From the NCBI GenBank assembly GCA_051418015.1, contig JBPRGF010000026.1, positions 14,430-78,429 of the forward strand: DNA of 64,000 nucleotides, in the 5' to 3' direction. Under the pieces are notes generated by a model. It worked only from the letters and a program-made list of their open reading frames with translations. It ran no database searches and was not told the origin of the DNA. Source of the stretch: Candidatus Nitrospinota bacterium M3_3B_026. Lineage in GTDB: Bacteria > Nitrospinota_A > UBA7883 > JBPRGF01. Shown here piece by piece: positions 1-9,117 of this stretch. The position numbers were made by a program, and so were the translations under genes. Within the stretch, counting starts at the first letter, position 1. Every line of letters starts with the position of its first letter.

Positions 1-231
1 TTCCGCGAGGAGTACGCCATCGTCAACCTGGACACCCTCTCCCGGCTGGGGCTCGAGGGGGAGATAACCCCCGAGGTTCTCGTGGAGAAGGGCGTCATCA
101 GGAAGAATAGAAAGCTCAAAGTTCTGGGCAGGGGCGAGGCGCCGAAATCCGTCACCGTAACGGCGTCCAAGTTCTCCAAAACCGCCGTCGAGAAGATAGA
201 GAAGGCCGGCGGGAAAACCCAGGTGGCCTGA
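1..231 (+). CDS. rplO: 50S ribosomal protein L15, C-terminal part (truncated by window start)
   Basis: Manual frame-1 translation FREEYAIVNLDTL...KLKVLGRGE...VTVTASKFSKTAVEKIEKAGGKTQVA* matches the L15 C-terminus; lies directly before secY. Confidence 0.95.
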   Translation, partial: FREEYAIVNLDTLSRLGLEGEITPEVLVEKGVIRKNRKLKVLGRGEAPKSVTVTASKFSKTAVEKIEKAGGKTQVA

Positions 232-233
232 AA

Positions 234-1553
234 GTGATCGGCCAGGCTCTCGGCGGCATAAGCAAGATCCCCGAGCTTCGCAACAGGATACTGTTCACGC
301 TTGGGATGCTGTTCGTGTTCCGGGTCGGCTCCCACATCCCCGTCCCCGGCGTGGACACCCAGACTCTGGCCGACTTTTTCCGGAACATGGCTGGGACGAT
401 GTTCCAGTTTTTCGACATGTTCACGGGGTCCAACTTTTCCCGGGCCACGATATTCGCCCTGGGGATAATGCCCTACATAAGCTCGTCGATCATCCTGCAG
501 CTGCTCACCGTGGCCGTGCCGAAGCTTGAGAAACTGAAAAAAGAGGGCGAGGCCGGGCAGAAGAAGATCACCCAGTACACCCGCTACGGCACGGTTGTCC
601 TGGCGGCGGTGCAGTCCATGGGGATAGCCTTTTGGCTGGAGGCGCTGCAGTCCCCCGGCGGTCAACTGGCGGTAGTCTCGCCCGGGTGGGGTTTCCGTCT
701 CACCACCGTGATCACGATGGTGGCGGGGACGGCGTTTTTGATGTGGCTCGGCGAGCAGATAACCGAGCGGGGGATAGGCAACGGCATCTCGCTGATAATA
801 TTCGCCGGCATCGTGGCCGACATGCCCACGGCGATCTTCCAGACCCTGCAGATGATAAGCATAGGCCAGCTCAACGCCGTGCTGATGGCCGCCCTCACGG
901 CGCTGATGGTGGTGGTGATCGCGGCGATAGTCTTCATGGAGGCCAGCCAGCGCAGGCTCACCATCCAGTACGCCAAGCGCATGGTGGGGCGGCGCATGAC
1001 CGCGCCGGTGCAGTCGCACCTGCCGTTGAAGGTGAACACCTCCGGGGTGATCCCGCCCATTTTCGCCTCGTCCATAATCATGTTCCCGGCGACGATCCTG
1101 AACTTCATGGACCGCGAGAGCATGCCCTGGATAGGCTACGCCGCGGACATGCTCCGGCCCGGCAATTTCTTCTACGAGGTCATATACGTGGCGGCGATAT
1201 TCTTTTTCTGCTTTTTCTATACCGCCATAATCTTCAACCCCTCCGACGTGGCGGAGAACCTGAAAAAACAGAACGGCCATATCCCCGGCATCCGGCCGGG
1301 CCACCCCACGGCGGAGTACATAGACAAGGTTCTCTCCCGTCTCACCTTCACCGGGGCAGTCTACCTGTCCGCGGTTTGCGTGATACCGGACATTCTCATA
1401 TCCCAGCTCAACGTGCCCTTTTATTTCGGCGGCACCGGCCTGCTCATCGTGGTGGGCGTGGGGATGGACACGATGTCCCAGGTGGAGTCGCACCTGGTGA
1501 TGCGGCACTACGAGGGGCTCGTGCGCAAAGGCGGCCTGCGCGGCCGGCGTTGA
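234..1553 (+). CDS. secY: Preprotein translocase subunit SecY
   Basis: IFALGIMPYISSSIILQLL, WLGEQITERGIGNGISLIIF and IPGIRPG motifs; multiple TM segments; spc operon position; GTG start. Confidence 0.98.
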   Translation: MIGQALGGISKIPELRNRILFTLGMLFVFRVGSHIPVPGVDTQTLADFFRNMAGTMFQFFDMFTGSNFSRATIFALGIMPYISSSIILQLLTVAVPKLEKLKKEGEAGQKKITQYTRYGTVVLAAVQSMGIAFWLEALQSPGGQLAVVSPGWGFRLTTVITMVAGTAFLMWLGEQITERGIGNGISLIIFAGIVADMPTAIFQTLQMISIGQLNAVLMAALTALMVVVIAAIVFMEASQRRLTIQYAKRMVGRRMTAPVQSHLPLKVNTSGVIPPIFASSIIMFPATILNFMDRESMPWIGYAADMLRPGNFFYEVIYVAAIFFFCFFYTAIIFNPSDVAENLKKQNGHIPGIRPGHPTAEYIDKVLSRLTFTGAVYLSAVCVIPDILISQLNVPFYFGGTGLLIVVGVGMDTMSQVESHLVMRHYEGLVRKGGLRGRR

Positions 1554-1573
1554 ACATCAAAGGAGAGTGAGCG

Positions 1574-2218
1574 ATGAGGATAATCATGCTGGGCCCGCCG
1601 GGGGCCGGGAAGGGGACACAGGCCAAGATCGTCATAGACAAGTACGGGATTCCGCAGATATCCACCGGCGACATACTCCGCCAGGCCGTGACCTCCCAGA
1701 CAGAGATGGGCAGGAAGGCCAAGGCCTACATGGACGCTGGCGAGCTCGTGCCGGACGATGTGGTGATAGGGATAATAAACGACAGGCTCAGCCAGCCGGA
1801 CTGCCAGGAGGGGTTCATACTCGACGGGTTCCCCAGAACCCTGGCCCAGGCCGAGGCGCTCACCGAGGCGCTGTCGGCCAAGGGGATGGACATCGACTAC
1901 GTGATAGACCTCAAGGTGGCCCCGGAGAACCTCGTAAAACGCCTCACCGGCCGGCGCACCTGCGAAAAATGCGGCCAGATGTACCATGTCGAGTTCAGCC
2001 CCCCCAGGGCGGAGGGGGTCTGCGACAAGTGCGGCGGCGCGCTCTATCAGCGCGACGACGACAAGGAGGAGACCATCCTCAAACGGTTCGACGTCTACAG
2101 CCAGCAGGCTGGCGCGCTCCAGGAGTATTACTCGGGATCGGGCAAGTACAAAGCCATCGACGGCGAACAGCCGATCGACAGGATCAGCGGGGACATCCTG
2201 GCCACACTGGAGCCCTGA
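1574..2218 (+). CDS. adk: Adenylate kinase (zinc-LID type)
   Basis: GPPGAGKGTQA P-loop, LDGFPRT, CxxC...CxxC LID. Confidence 0.98.
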   Translation: MRIIMLGPPGAGKGTQAKIVIDKYGIPQISTGDILRQAVTSQTEMGRKAKAYMDAGELVPDDVVIGIINDRLSQPDCQEGFILDGFPRTLAQAEALTEALSAKGMDIDYVIDLKVAPENLVKRLTGRRTCEKCGQMYHVEFSPPRAEGVCDKCGGALYQRDDDKEETILKRFDVYSQQAGALQEYYSGSGKYKAIDGEQPIDRISGDILATLEP

Positions 2219-2267
2219 GAGGCCGCGTGTCCACCGGGCGTGAAACGGGCGGGGCGGCCAGGCGGCG

Positions 2268-3020
2268 ATGGCGATAAACTACCGGTCCAGCGATGAGATC
2301 GAGCTTTTGCGAACCGCCAACAGGATCGTCGTGGCGGCCCACAGGAGGCTCGAGGAGATACTGGCCCCCGGCGTCAACACCATAAAGCTCGACAGAGCCG
2401 CCGAGGAGGTTATAAGAGACCTTGGCGGCAGACCGTCGTTCAAGGGGTACAGAGGGTTCCCGAACACCCTGTGCGTGGCGATAAACGACCAGGTGGTGCA
2501 CGGCATTCCGGACAAGAGGGAACTCCGCGACGGCGACATCGTGGGGCTTGATCTCGGCGTGGAATACAAGGGCTACTACGGCGACGCCGCCCAGACCCTC
2601 CCCGTGGGGGAGGTGTCCGAAAAGGCGTCCAGGCTCATGAGGGTGAGCCGCGAGGCCCTCTGGAAGGGGATAGAGGCGATCCGCCCCGGCGGGAGGCTTT
2701 CGGACATATCCCACGCCATACAGACCCACGCCGAGGCGGCGGGATATTCGGTCGTCAGGGCCTTCGTGGGGCATGGCATAGGGTCAAGCCCCCACGAGGA
2801 TCCGCAGGTGCCGAACTTCGGCCGGCCCGGCCGCGGCCCCGCCCTGAGAAAGGGTATGGTGCTGGCCATAGAGCCCATGGTCAACGAGGGCGGGTCCGAC
2901 GTGGAAATATTGGAGGACAAGTGGACCGTGCGGACCGTGGACGGGTCTCTTTCGGCCCATTTCGAGCACTCCGTGGCCGTCACCGATGACGGGCGCGACG
3001 TTTTGAGCGTTTTTGACTGA
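2268..3020 (+). CDS. map: Methionine aminopeptidase type I
   Basis: VVHGIP, GDAAQT, GHGIG, AIEPMVN and SAHFEHSV motifs. Confidence 0.97.
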   Translation: MAINYRSSDEIELLRTANRIVVAAHRRLEEILAPGVNTIKLDRAAEEVIRDLGGRPSFKGYRGFPNTLCVAINDQVVHGIPDKRELRDGDIVGLDLGVEYKGYYGDAAQTLPVGEVSEKASRLMRVSREALWKGIEAIRPGGRLSDISHAIQTHAEAAGYSVVRAFVGHGIGSSPHEDPQVPNFGRPGRGPALRKGMVLAIEPMVNEGGSDVEILEDKWTVRTVDGSLSAHFEHSVAVTDDGRDVLSVFD

Positions 3021-3029
3021 ATTTTAGTT

Positions 3030-3057
3030 TGGACAATCCGGAGATTTCTGTTAGTAT
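3030..3057 (+). promoter_or_regulatory. Putative sigma-70 promoter for the rpmJ-alpha operon
   Basis: TGGACA-N16-TAGTAT with an extended -10 TG, in the AT-rich gap between map and rpmJ. Confidence 0.5.
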
Positions 3058-3105
3058 TATTAATTTTCGACGAGAGCGCCGCTTTCCAGCGGCGGATGGA
3101 TGGTC

Positions 3106-3219
3106 ATGAAAGTAAGAGCCTCGGTAAAGCCGATCTGCGACAAGTGCAAGGTGATAAAGCGCGGGGGCATAGTGCGCGTCATCTGCGAGAACCCGAAGCA
3201 CAAGCAGCGGCAGGGGTGA
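3106..3219 (+). CDS. rpmJ: 50S ribosomal protein L36 (not in ORF track, 37 aa)
   Basis: Manual translation [37 protein letters not shown]; zinc-binding form. Confidence 0.98.
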   Translation: MKVRASVKPICDKCKVIKRGGIVRVICENPKHKQRQG

Positions 3220-3239
3220 GAACAGGAGGTTTTTGACAT

Positions 3240-3623
3240 ATGGCCCGCATAGCCGGGGTGGACATCCCCAGGAACAAGAGGATAGAGGTGGCCCTCACCT
3301 ACATATACGGCATTGGCGCCGCCACGGCCGGGAAGATACTGAGGGAGGCCAACGTGGAAGCCGCCACCAGGGTGCGGGACCTCACGGACCAGGACATAAC
3401 GCACCTGCGGAACATAATAGAGAAGCAGTACAAGGTGGAGGGAGACCTGCGGCGCGAGGTCCAGCTGAACATAAAAAGACTGATGGACATAGGCTGTTAC
3501 AGGGGCCTGCGGCACCGCAAGGGGCTCCCCGCCCGGGGCCAGCGGACCAGGACCAATGCCAGGACGCGCAAAGGCCCCGCCAAGACGGCGGTGTCCGGCC
3601 GCAGGAAAGAGCAGAAGAAGTAG
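3240..3623 (+). CDS. rpsM: 30S ribosomal protein S13
   Basis: [10 protein letters not shown]...[36 protein letters not shown]. Confidence 0.98.
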   Translation: MARIAGVDIPRNKRIEVALTYIYGIGAATAGKILREANVEAATRVRDLTDQDITHLRNIIEKQYKVEGDLRREVQLNIKRLMDIGCYRGLRHRKGLPARGQRTRTNARTRKGPAKTAVSGRRKEQKK

Positions 3624-3653
3624 CCACAGACACGAGGCGTCACGACAAAGACC

Positions 3654-4049
3654 ATGACGGATAAAAAGAAGACTACAGCATCAAAAAAGAGGCTCAAGAA
3701 GGTGGGCGCGAACGGCATCGCCCACGTGAAATCCACCTTCAACAACACCATCATCACGATAACCGACCCCGCGGGGAACACGGTGGCGTGGGCCTCCGCC
3801 GGGGGCCAGGGGTTCAAGGGCTCCCGCAAGAGCACCCCTTTCGCCGCGCAGACCGCCGCGGAGAACGCGGCGCGGAAGGCGATGGACATGGGCATGAGGA
3901 AGGTGGAAGTCTATATAAAAGGCCCCGGCAGCGGGCGCGAGGCGGCGGTAAGGTCGCTGCAGGCGGCGGGGCTGGAGGTTGAGCTGATAAAGGACGTAAC
4001 GCCGATACCGCACAACGGGTGCCGGCCTTCCAAGCGCAGAAGGGTGTGA
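3654..4049 (+). CDS. rpsK: 30S ribosomal protein S11
   Basis: [38 protein letters not shown]. Confidence 0.98.
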   Translation: MTDKKKTTASKKRLKKVGANGIAHVKSTFNNTIITITDPAGNTVAWASAGGQGFKGSRKSTPFAAQTAAENAARKAMDMGMRKVEVYIKGPGSGREAAVRSLQAAGLEVELIKDVTPIPHNGCRPSKRRRV

Positions 4050-4088
4050 GGCGGGCTGGAGCCGGCGTTTTGACAGGAGGATAGGGTT

Positions 4089-4715
4089 TTGGCGAGGTAC
4101 AACGGATCCGTCTGCAGGCTGTGCAGGCGCGAAGGCATGAAGCTTTTCCTCAAGGGGGAGCGGTGCCTTTCCAAGAAATGCTCCATAGAGCGAAGGAGCT
4201 ATCCCCCCGGCGAGGCGGGCCAGAGGAGGATAAAGCTCAAGGAATACGGAATGCAGTTGCGGGAGAAGCAGAAGGTCAAGCGCGTCTACGGCGTCCTGGA
4301 AAAACAGTTCCGCGGATACTTCCACAGGGCGGACAGGTCGAAAGGCGTGACTGGCGAGACGCTGCTTCAGCTGCTGGAGGAGAGGCTCGACAACGCCGTC
4401 CTGAAGCTCGGCTTCGCCAGCAGCCGCCCCCAGGCCCGGCAGTTGATCCGACACAACCATTTCATGGTGAACGGGCGCAAGGTCAACATCCCGTCGTACC
4501 GCGTGAAGAAAGGCGACGTCATCGAGGTCCGCGAGAAAAGCAGGAAGATCGACGCCATCAGGGAGTCCGTGGAGAACATCTCCGACAAGCAGATACCCGA
4601 GTGGCTCACCCTGGATCGCGATGCGATGCGGGGCGTGGTCCAGGACGAGCCCTCCCGGGAAAGCATACAGATGCCGATACAGGAGCAGCTCATAGTCGAG
4701 CTCTACTCCAAGTAG
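4089..4715 (+). CDS. rpsD: 30S ribosomal protein S4 (zinc-binding form, TTG start)
   Basis: [38 protein letters not shown]. Confidence 0.98.
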   Translation: MARYNGSVCRLCRREGMKLFLKGERCLSKKCSIERRSYPPGEAGQRRIKLKEYGMQLREKQKVKRVYGVLEKQFRGYFHRADRSKGVTGETLLQLLEERLDNAVLKLGFASSRPQARQLIRHNHFMVNGRKVNIPSYRVKKGDVIEVREKSRKIDAIRESVENISDKQIPEWLTLDRDAMRGVVQDEPSRESIQMPIQEQLIVELYSK

Positions 4716-4745
4716 GCTCGCCTTTTGAACGATGAAGGAGGTTAC

Positions 4746-5762
4746 ATGATAGCGGCTTGGCAGGGTCTTGTAAGGCCCAAGAAGCTGGAGTATGACCAGA
4801 AAAGGCGCACGGACACCTACTCCGTTTTCCACGCCGAGCCCTTCGAGCGCGGGTTCGGGATAACCATTGGCAACTCGCTCCGGAGGCTCCTTCTTTCCTC
4901 GATCCCCGGGTCCGCCGTCGTGGCGGTGAAATTCGAGGGCGTGAGCCACGAGTTCTCCACCATCGACGGTGTTGTGGAGGACGTCGCGGAGATAATATTG
5001 AACCTGAAGAGCCTGATACTCCGCAAGGATGGGGACGAGGACAGGACCATCACCCTGAGCGCCTCCGGCAAGGGCGACGTCACCGCCGCCGATATCGAGG
5101 CGCCGCCCCAGGTGCGGATACTGAACCCCGACCTCCACATCGCCACGCTGACCGAGGAGAAGGCGAAGCTGGAGGCAGAGATGATCATCCGCTCCGGCCG
5201 GGGGTATTCCCCCGCGGAGATGAACGCGGATCCCTCCTGGGACATATCGGTGATCCCCATAGACGCCGTTTTCTCGCCCGTGACGAAGGTGGCCTTCCGC
5301 GTGGAGAAGACAAGGGTGGAGCAGTCCAGCGACTATGACAAGCTCATAATGGAGGTGACGACCAACGGGGCCATCAGGCCGGACGACGCCGTGGCCCTGG
5401 CCGCCAAGAACATGAAGGAGCACCTGCAGATATTCATAAACTTCAACGAGGAGCAGGAGCCCCAGACGAAGGCGGTGAACGAGGACAAGCTCAGGGTCGC
5501 CAGGAACCTGAGGAAAAGCGTGGACGAGCTGGAGCTTTCGGTGCGCTCCTACAACTGCCTGAAGAACGCGAACATCAAGACCATCATGGAGCTTGTGACC
5601 AAGACCGACGCCGAGATGCTCAAGACCCGCAACTTCGGCCGCAAGTCCCTCAATGAGATCAAGGAGATCCTGACGGATATGGGGCTGCGTCTCGGGATGA
5701 ACGTGGACCAGTACAAGGAGGAGCTTTCCCTGCTGGAGCAGGGTCAGCCCGGCAGCGCCTGA
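4746..5762 (+). CDS. rpoA: RNA polymerase subunit alpha
   Basis: [40 protein letters not shown]...[10 protein letters not shown]; start set at the ATG after the AAGGAGG SD. Confidence 0.98.
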   Translation: MIAAWQGLVRPKKLEYDQKRRTDTYSVFHAEPFERGFGITIGNSLRRLLLSSIPGSAVVAVKFEGVSHEFSTIDGVVEDVAEIILNLKSLILRKDGDEDRTITLSASGKGDVTAADIEAPPQVRILNPDLHIATLTEEKAKLEAEMIIRSGRGYSPAEMNADPSWDISVIPIDAVFSPVTKVAFRVEKTRVEQSSDYDKLIMEVTTNGAIRPDDAVALAAKNMKEHLQIFINFNEEQEPQTKAVNEDKLRVARNLRKSVDELELSVRSYNCLKNANIKTIMELVTKTDAEMLKTRNFGRKSLNEIKEILTDMGLRLGMNVDQYKEELSLLEQGQPGSA

Positions 5763-5778
5763 TCCGGTTTGAGAGAGC

Positions 5779-6192
5779 ATGAGACATCTTAAGAAGAAAA
5801 AAAGGTTCAGCAGGACCACGAGCCACAGCAAGGCCATGTTCCGCAACATGGTCACATCCCTGCTGGAGTTCGAGAGGATAACGACTACGGAGCCGAAAGC
5901 GAAGGCGCTCCGGGGCCACGCTGAGCGGATGATCACCCTCGGCAAGAAGGGAACCCTCGCCCACCGCAGGCGCGCCCTGGCGTTCGTGCGGAGCAAGGAG
6001 GCCGTCGCCAAGCTTTTCGGCGGCCTTGCCGAGCGGTACAAGGACAGGCCGGGCGGATACACCCGTATCTACAAGCTGGGGCGCCGGGCGGGCGACAACG
6101 CCCCCATGGCGGTCATCGAGCTCGTGGACAGGGACCCTTCGGCCATGCCGCGCAAGCGAACCCGCAGGATACCGGCCGAAGAGCAGGCCTGA
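5779..6192 (+). CDS. rplQ: 50S ribosomal protein L17
   Basis: MRH..., [31 protein letters not shown]. Confidence 0.98.
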   Translation: MRHLKKKKRFSRTTSHSKAMFRNMVTSLLEFERITTTEPKAKALRGHAERMITLGKKGTLAHRRRALAFVRSKEAVAKLFGGLAERYKDRPGGYTRIYKLGRRAGDNAPMAVIELVDRDPSAMPRKRTRRIPAEEQA

Positions 6193-6229
6193 CCGGCCTG
6201 CGTCTCACCGGCGCAAAAAAAGAGAGAGG

Positions 6230-7546
6230 CTAGCCTTCTTCGGAGGCCTGCGCCGCCGGTTTCACGGTGACGGTCAGGCCCGAGGCGCTCACCACTTCCA
6301 CCCTGTCACCGGGCTTTATCGTCCCCGTCTCGCTCACGGCTTTCCACAGTTCCCCCTCCAGCATGATCCTGCCGGGTTTGCCCGGTTTTATCTCCGTCTC
6401 AGCCATGCCGGAAAGACCCACCATGGCGTCCCAGCCGGTGGCCACCTTCCGGAACTGGGCCCGCGCCGCCGAGCCGAGCAACACCGTGAAAAATCCCGCA
6501 GTCAAAAGCGCGGTGGGTATTATCACCGAGAGGCTTATCCGCATGTAATCCTCAGGCGCCTCTATGAGCATCAGCGAGCCGATCACCAGGGCGGTGATTC
6601 CTCCGATGGTCAGTATCCCGAAGCTGGTGACCCAAATCTCCAGCATGAAAAGGACGATGGAAAGCAGTATGAGCAGCGCCCCGGCGAAATTTATGGGCAG
6701 GGTCTGCAGGGAGTAGAAGGCCAGTATCAGGCATATGGCCCCGATGACGCCGGGGAAGATGGCCCCGGGGTTCGAAAGCTCGAAAAAGAGCCCGTAGAAC
6801 CCCAGCATCATCAGGATGTAGGCGACGTTTGGGTTCGCCAGGGCGTTGAAAACCCTCTGCCGCCAGGTCATCTCTTTTCGCTCGACGCGGACGTCCGCCG
6901 TGGCGAGGGTTTTTTCACCAGCGACGGTCTTGACCGTCCTTCCGTCCACGGCCGCGAGCAGGGCGGGCAGATCATCGGCCAAAAGATCCACCACGTTTTT
7001 CTCCAGCGCCTCCGTCTCCGAGACCGACGCGCCTTTGCGGACGAAATCCTCGGCCAGGTCCGCGTTTCGCCCGTGGGCCTCGGCGATGGAGCGGATGTAG
7101 GCCGCGGCGTCGTTCATGACCTTTTTTTGCATGGTCTTGTCCATCCCGCCGCCTCCCATGCTGACGGGGGACGCCGCGCCGATGTTCGTGCCCGGGGCCA
7201 TGGCGGCGATATCCGCGGCGATGGTGATGAACGCCCCAGCCGACGCGGCCCGGGAGCCCGAAGGCGCGACGTAGACTATCACCGGGACGGCCGCCCCCTG
7301 CATCTTCTTTATGATCTGGCGCATGGAGGTGTCCAGCCCGCCGGGGGTGTCCATCCGGATCACGAGCGCCTCCACGGAGGGGTCGCTCTCGGCCTTGTCT
7401 ATGGACCCGGCGATGTACTCGGCGACGACGGGGTTTATCGGCCCGTCCACCGTCGCCACCAGCACGGACCTTTGCTGCGCCGTGGAAGGGAGCGCCGCCG
7501 CCAGGGCCGCCAGGGCCGCTATGACGAGAAGGTGTCTTCTAAGCAT
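6230..7546 (-). CDS. nfeD: NfeD family membrane-bound serine protease (long form)
   Basis: Signal peptide; ClpP-like domain DTPGGL...AASAGAFI...AMAPGTNIGAASPV; TM bundle; C-terminal OB fold GELWKA. Confidence 0.92.
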   Translation of the reverse strand: MLRRHLLVIAALAALAAALPSTAQQRSVLVATVDGPINPVVAEYIAGSIDKAESDPSVEALVIRMDTPGGLDTSMRQIIKKMQGAAVPVIVYVAPSGSRAASAGAFITIAADIAAMAPGTNIGAASPVSMGGGGMDKTMQKKVMNDAAAYIRSIAEAHGRNADLAEDFVRKGASVSETEALEKNVVDLLADDLPALLAAVDGRTVKTVAGEKTLATADVRVERKEMTWRQRVFNALANPNVAYILMMLGFYGLFFELSNPGAIFPGVIGAICLILAFYSLQTLPINFAGALLILLSIVLFMLEIWVTSFGILTIGGITALVIGSLMLIEAPEDYMRISLSVIIPTALLTAGFFTVLLGSAARAQFRKVATGWDAMVGLSGMAETEIKPGKPGRIMLEGELWKAVSETGTIKPGDRVEVVSASGLTVTVKPAAQASEEG

Positions 7547-7691
7547 GTCAATTATTCTACATCAACGGACGCCCTCCGGCGGCGTTGAAAAGATGTCACG
7601 GGTATGGAAAATTTCAATTTCGCCGGAAAGGTGATATTATTTGAAAATAAGCCATTCTCTTCCGTCAGGGGGGCGGGACTGCAAAGTCTAA

Positions 7692-8585
7692 ATGAAAAAC
7701 GAAGACAAGAGCACCGTCCTGGTCATCGAGGATGACCTGCCAACCCTCCGACAGGTCGAAAGACACCTGAGCGAGGCGGGCCTGGCCGTGGTCACGGCCA
7801 GAAACGGCAAGGATGCCATCGTCAAGCTGTACGAGGCCTGTCCGGACATTGTCGTATCTGATATCAACCTTCCCATCATGAACGGCTACGAGTTCTGCCG
7901 GAAGCTGCGCAAGGAGGCCGGCGGGGACATACCGCTCATATTCATCTCCGTCAAGGACGACACCGAGGACAAGATCATGGGGTTCGACAGCGGGGGCGAC
8001 GACTACGTCACGAAACCGTTCGCCGTCGACGAGTTGGTGGCCAGGGTGAAGGCGAGCCTGGGCCGGAGCCTGAAAAGCAAGCGCGAGTCGTCCACCGACC
8101 ACCTGACGGGGCTTTTGAACAGGCGCGCCATCGAGAAGTGGCTGAACATCGAGATACAAAGAAGCGGCAGGTTCAGGCGGCCCTTTTCCCTTGCGATGCT
8201 GGACATAGACCACTTCAAGGAGATAAACGACACCTACGGCCACCTGACCGGGGACGAGGCGCTCCGCGGCCTCGCCGGGTTCATCTCCCGGCGCCTGCGG
8301 GTGATAGACGTGGTCGGGCGCTACGGCGGCGAGGAGTTCATGATACTGATGCCGGAGACCTGCAAGGAGAACGCCGTCATTCCCCTGGAGCGGATCAGGT
8401 CCGGGCTGCGCGGCCACGTCTTCGCCAAGACGGACTCGGCGCGCGTGAGGCTGAGCGTGAGCATCGGCGTCGCGGAGTTCCCCGGCGACGCGACGGACTT
8501 TGAGGGGATCATCGCCGCGGCCGACGCGGCGCTCTACGAGGCCAAGTCCAACGGCAGGGACATGATCCGCCTCTTCGGAGGATAA
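7692..8585 (+). CDS. Response regulator diguanylate cyclase (REC-GGDEF)
   Basis: N-terminal receiver (VIEDD, SDINLP, KPF); DHLTGLLNRR, DIDHFKEINDTYGH, RVID I-site, GGEEF. Confidence 0.93.
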   Translation: MKNEDKSTVLVIEDDLPTLRQVERHLSEAGLAVVTARNGKDAIVKLYEACPDIVVSDINLPIMNGYEFCRKLRKEAGGDIPLIFISVKDDTEDKIMGFDSGGDDYVTKPFAVDELVARVKASLGRSLKSKRESSTDHLTGLLNRRAIEKWLNIEIQRSGRFRRPFSLAMLDIDHFKEINDTYGHLTGDEALRGLAGFISRRLRVIDVVGRYGGEEFMILMPETCKENAVIPLERIRSGLRGHVFAKTDSARVRLSVSIGVAEFPGDATDFEGIIAAADAALYEAKSNGRDMIRLFGG

Positions 8586-8598
8586 GCCCCGGCGGGTC

Positions 8599-9117
8599 TC
8601 ACCCCCTCTGCTTTTCTCCGTGGGCTCCGCCCGTGAAAAGCGACCAGGCCAGCAGCATGACCCCCACGGTGATGGCCGAGTCCGCCACGTTGAAGGCGGG
8701 CCACTGGTAGCCGTCTATGTAAAACAGCAGAAAGTCGGTGACGGCGCCGTTTTTGAGCCTGTCGATGAGGTTGCCGAAAGCGCCGGAGCCGATGAAGACC
8801 AGCGCCGCCCTCGGCGCCCTGTCCCGCGGCGGCAGGGAGCGGTAGAGAACCGTTATGATGACCAGCGCCGATATGGAGACCACCGTGAACCCGCGGGAGA
8901 CCCACTCGCTCTCCACGCCGCCCAGGAGCCCGAAAGCCGCGCCGCGGTTTTTTATGTGCACGATGTTGAAGAGGCCCGGGATGACGGTGACGGCGCCGTT
9001 GAGGGGGATCGACTCCTCCACGATCATTTTCGTCACCCTGTCCGCCGCGATGAGGGCCCCCGCCGCAAGCGCTGGGGCGAGCCGCAAGAGCGCGCCCGGA
9101 AAGCCCGCGCCGCTCAT
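8599..9117 (-). CDS. lspA: Lipoprotein signal peptidase II
   Basis: NRGAAFG, GNLIDR, VTDF and [11 protein letters not shown] motifs; overlaps the ileS stop. Confidence 0.97.
   Translation of the reverse strand: MSGAGFPGALLRLAPALAAGALIAADRVTKMIVEESIPLNGAVTVIPGLFNIVHIKNRGAAFGLLGGVESEWVSRGFTVVSISALVIITVLYRSLPPRDRAPRAALVFIGSGAFGNLIDRLKNGAVTDFLLFYIDGYQWPAFNVADSAITVGVMLLAWSLFTGGAHGEKQRG

Noticed and set aside
3681..6062. 793-aa minus-strand ORF, and similar long antisense ORFs (9162-11312, 17586-19484, 22660-24582, 37393-39732, 43146-44939, 53319-55568)
   Set aside because: Shadow frames opposite well-identified genes; expected in high-GC DNA; no recognisable motifs.
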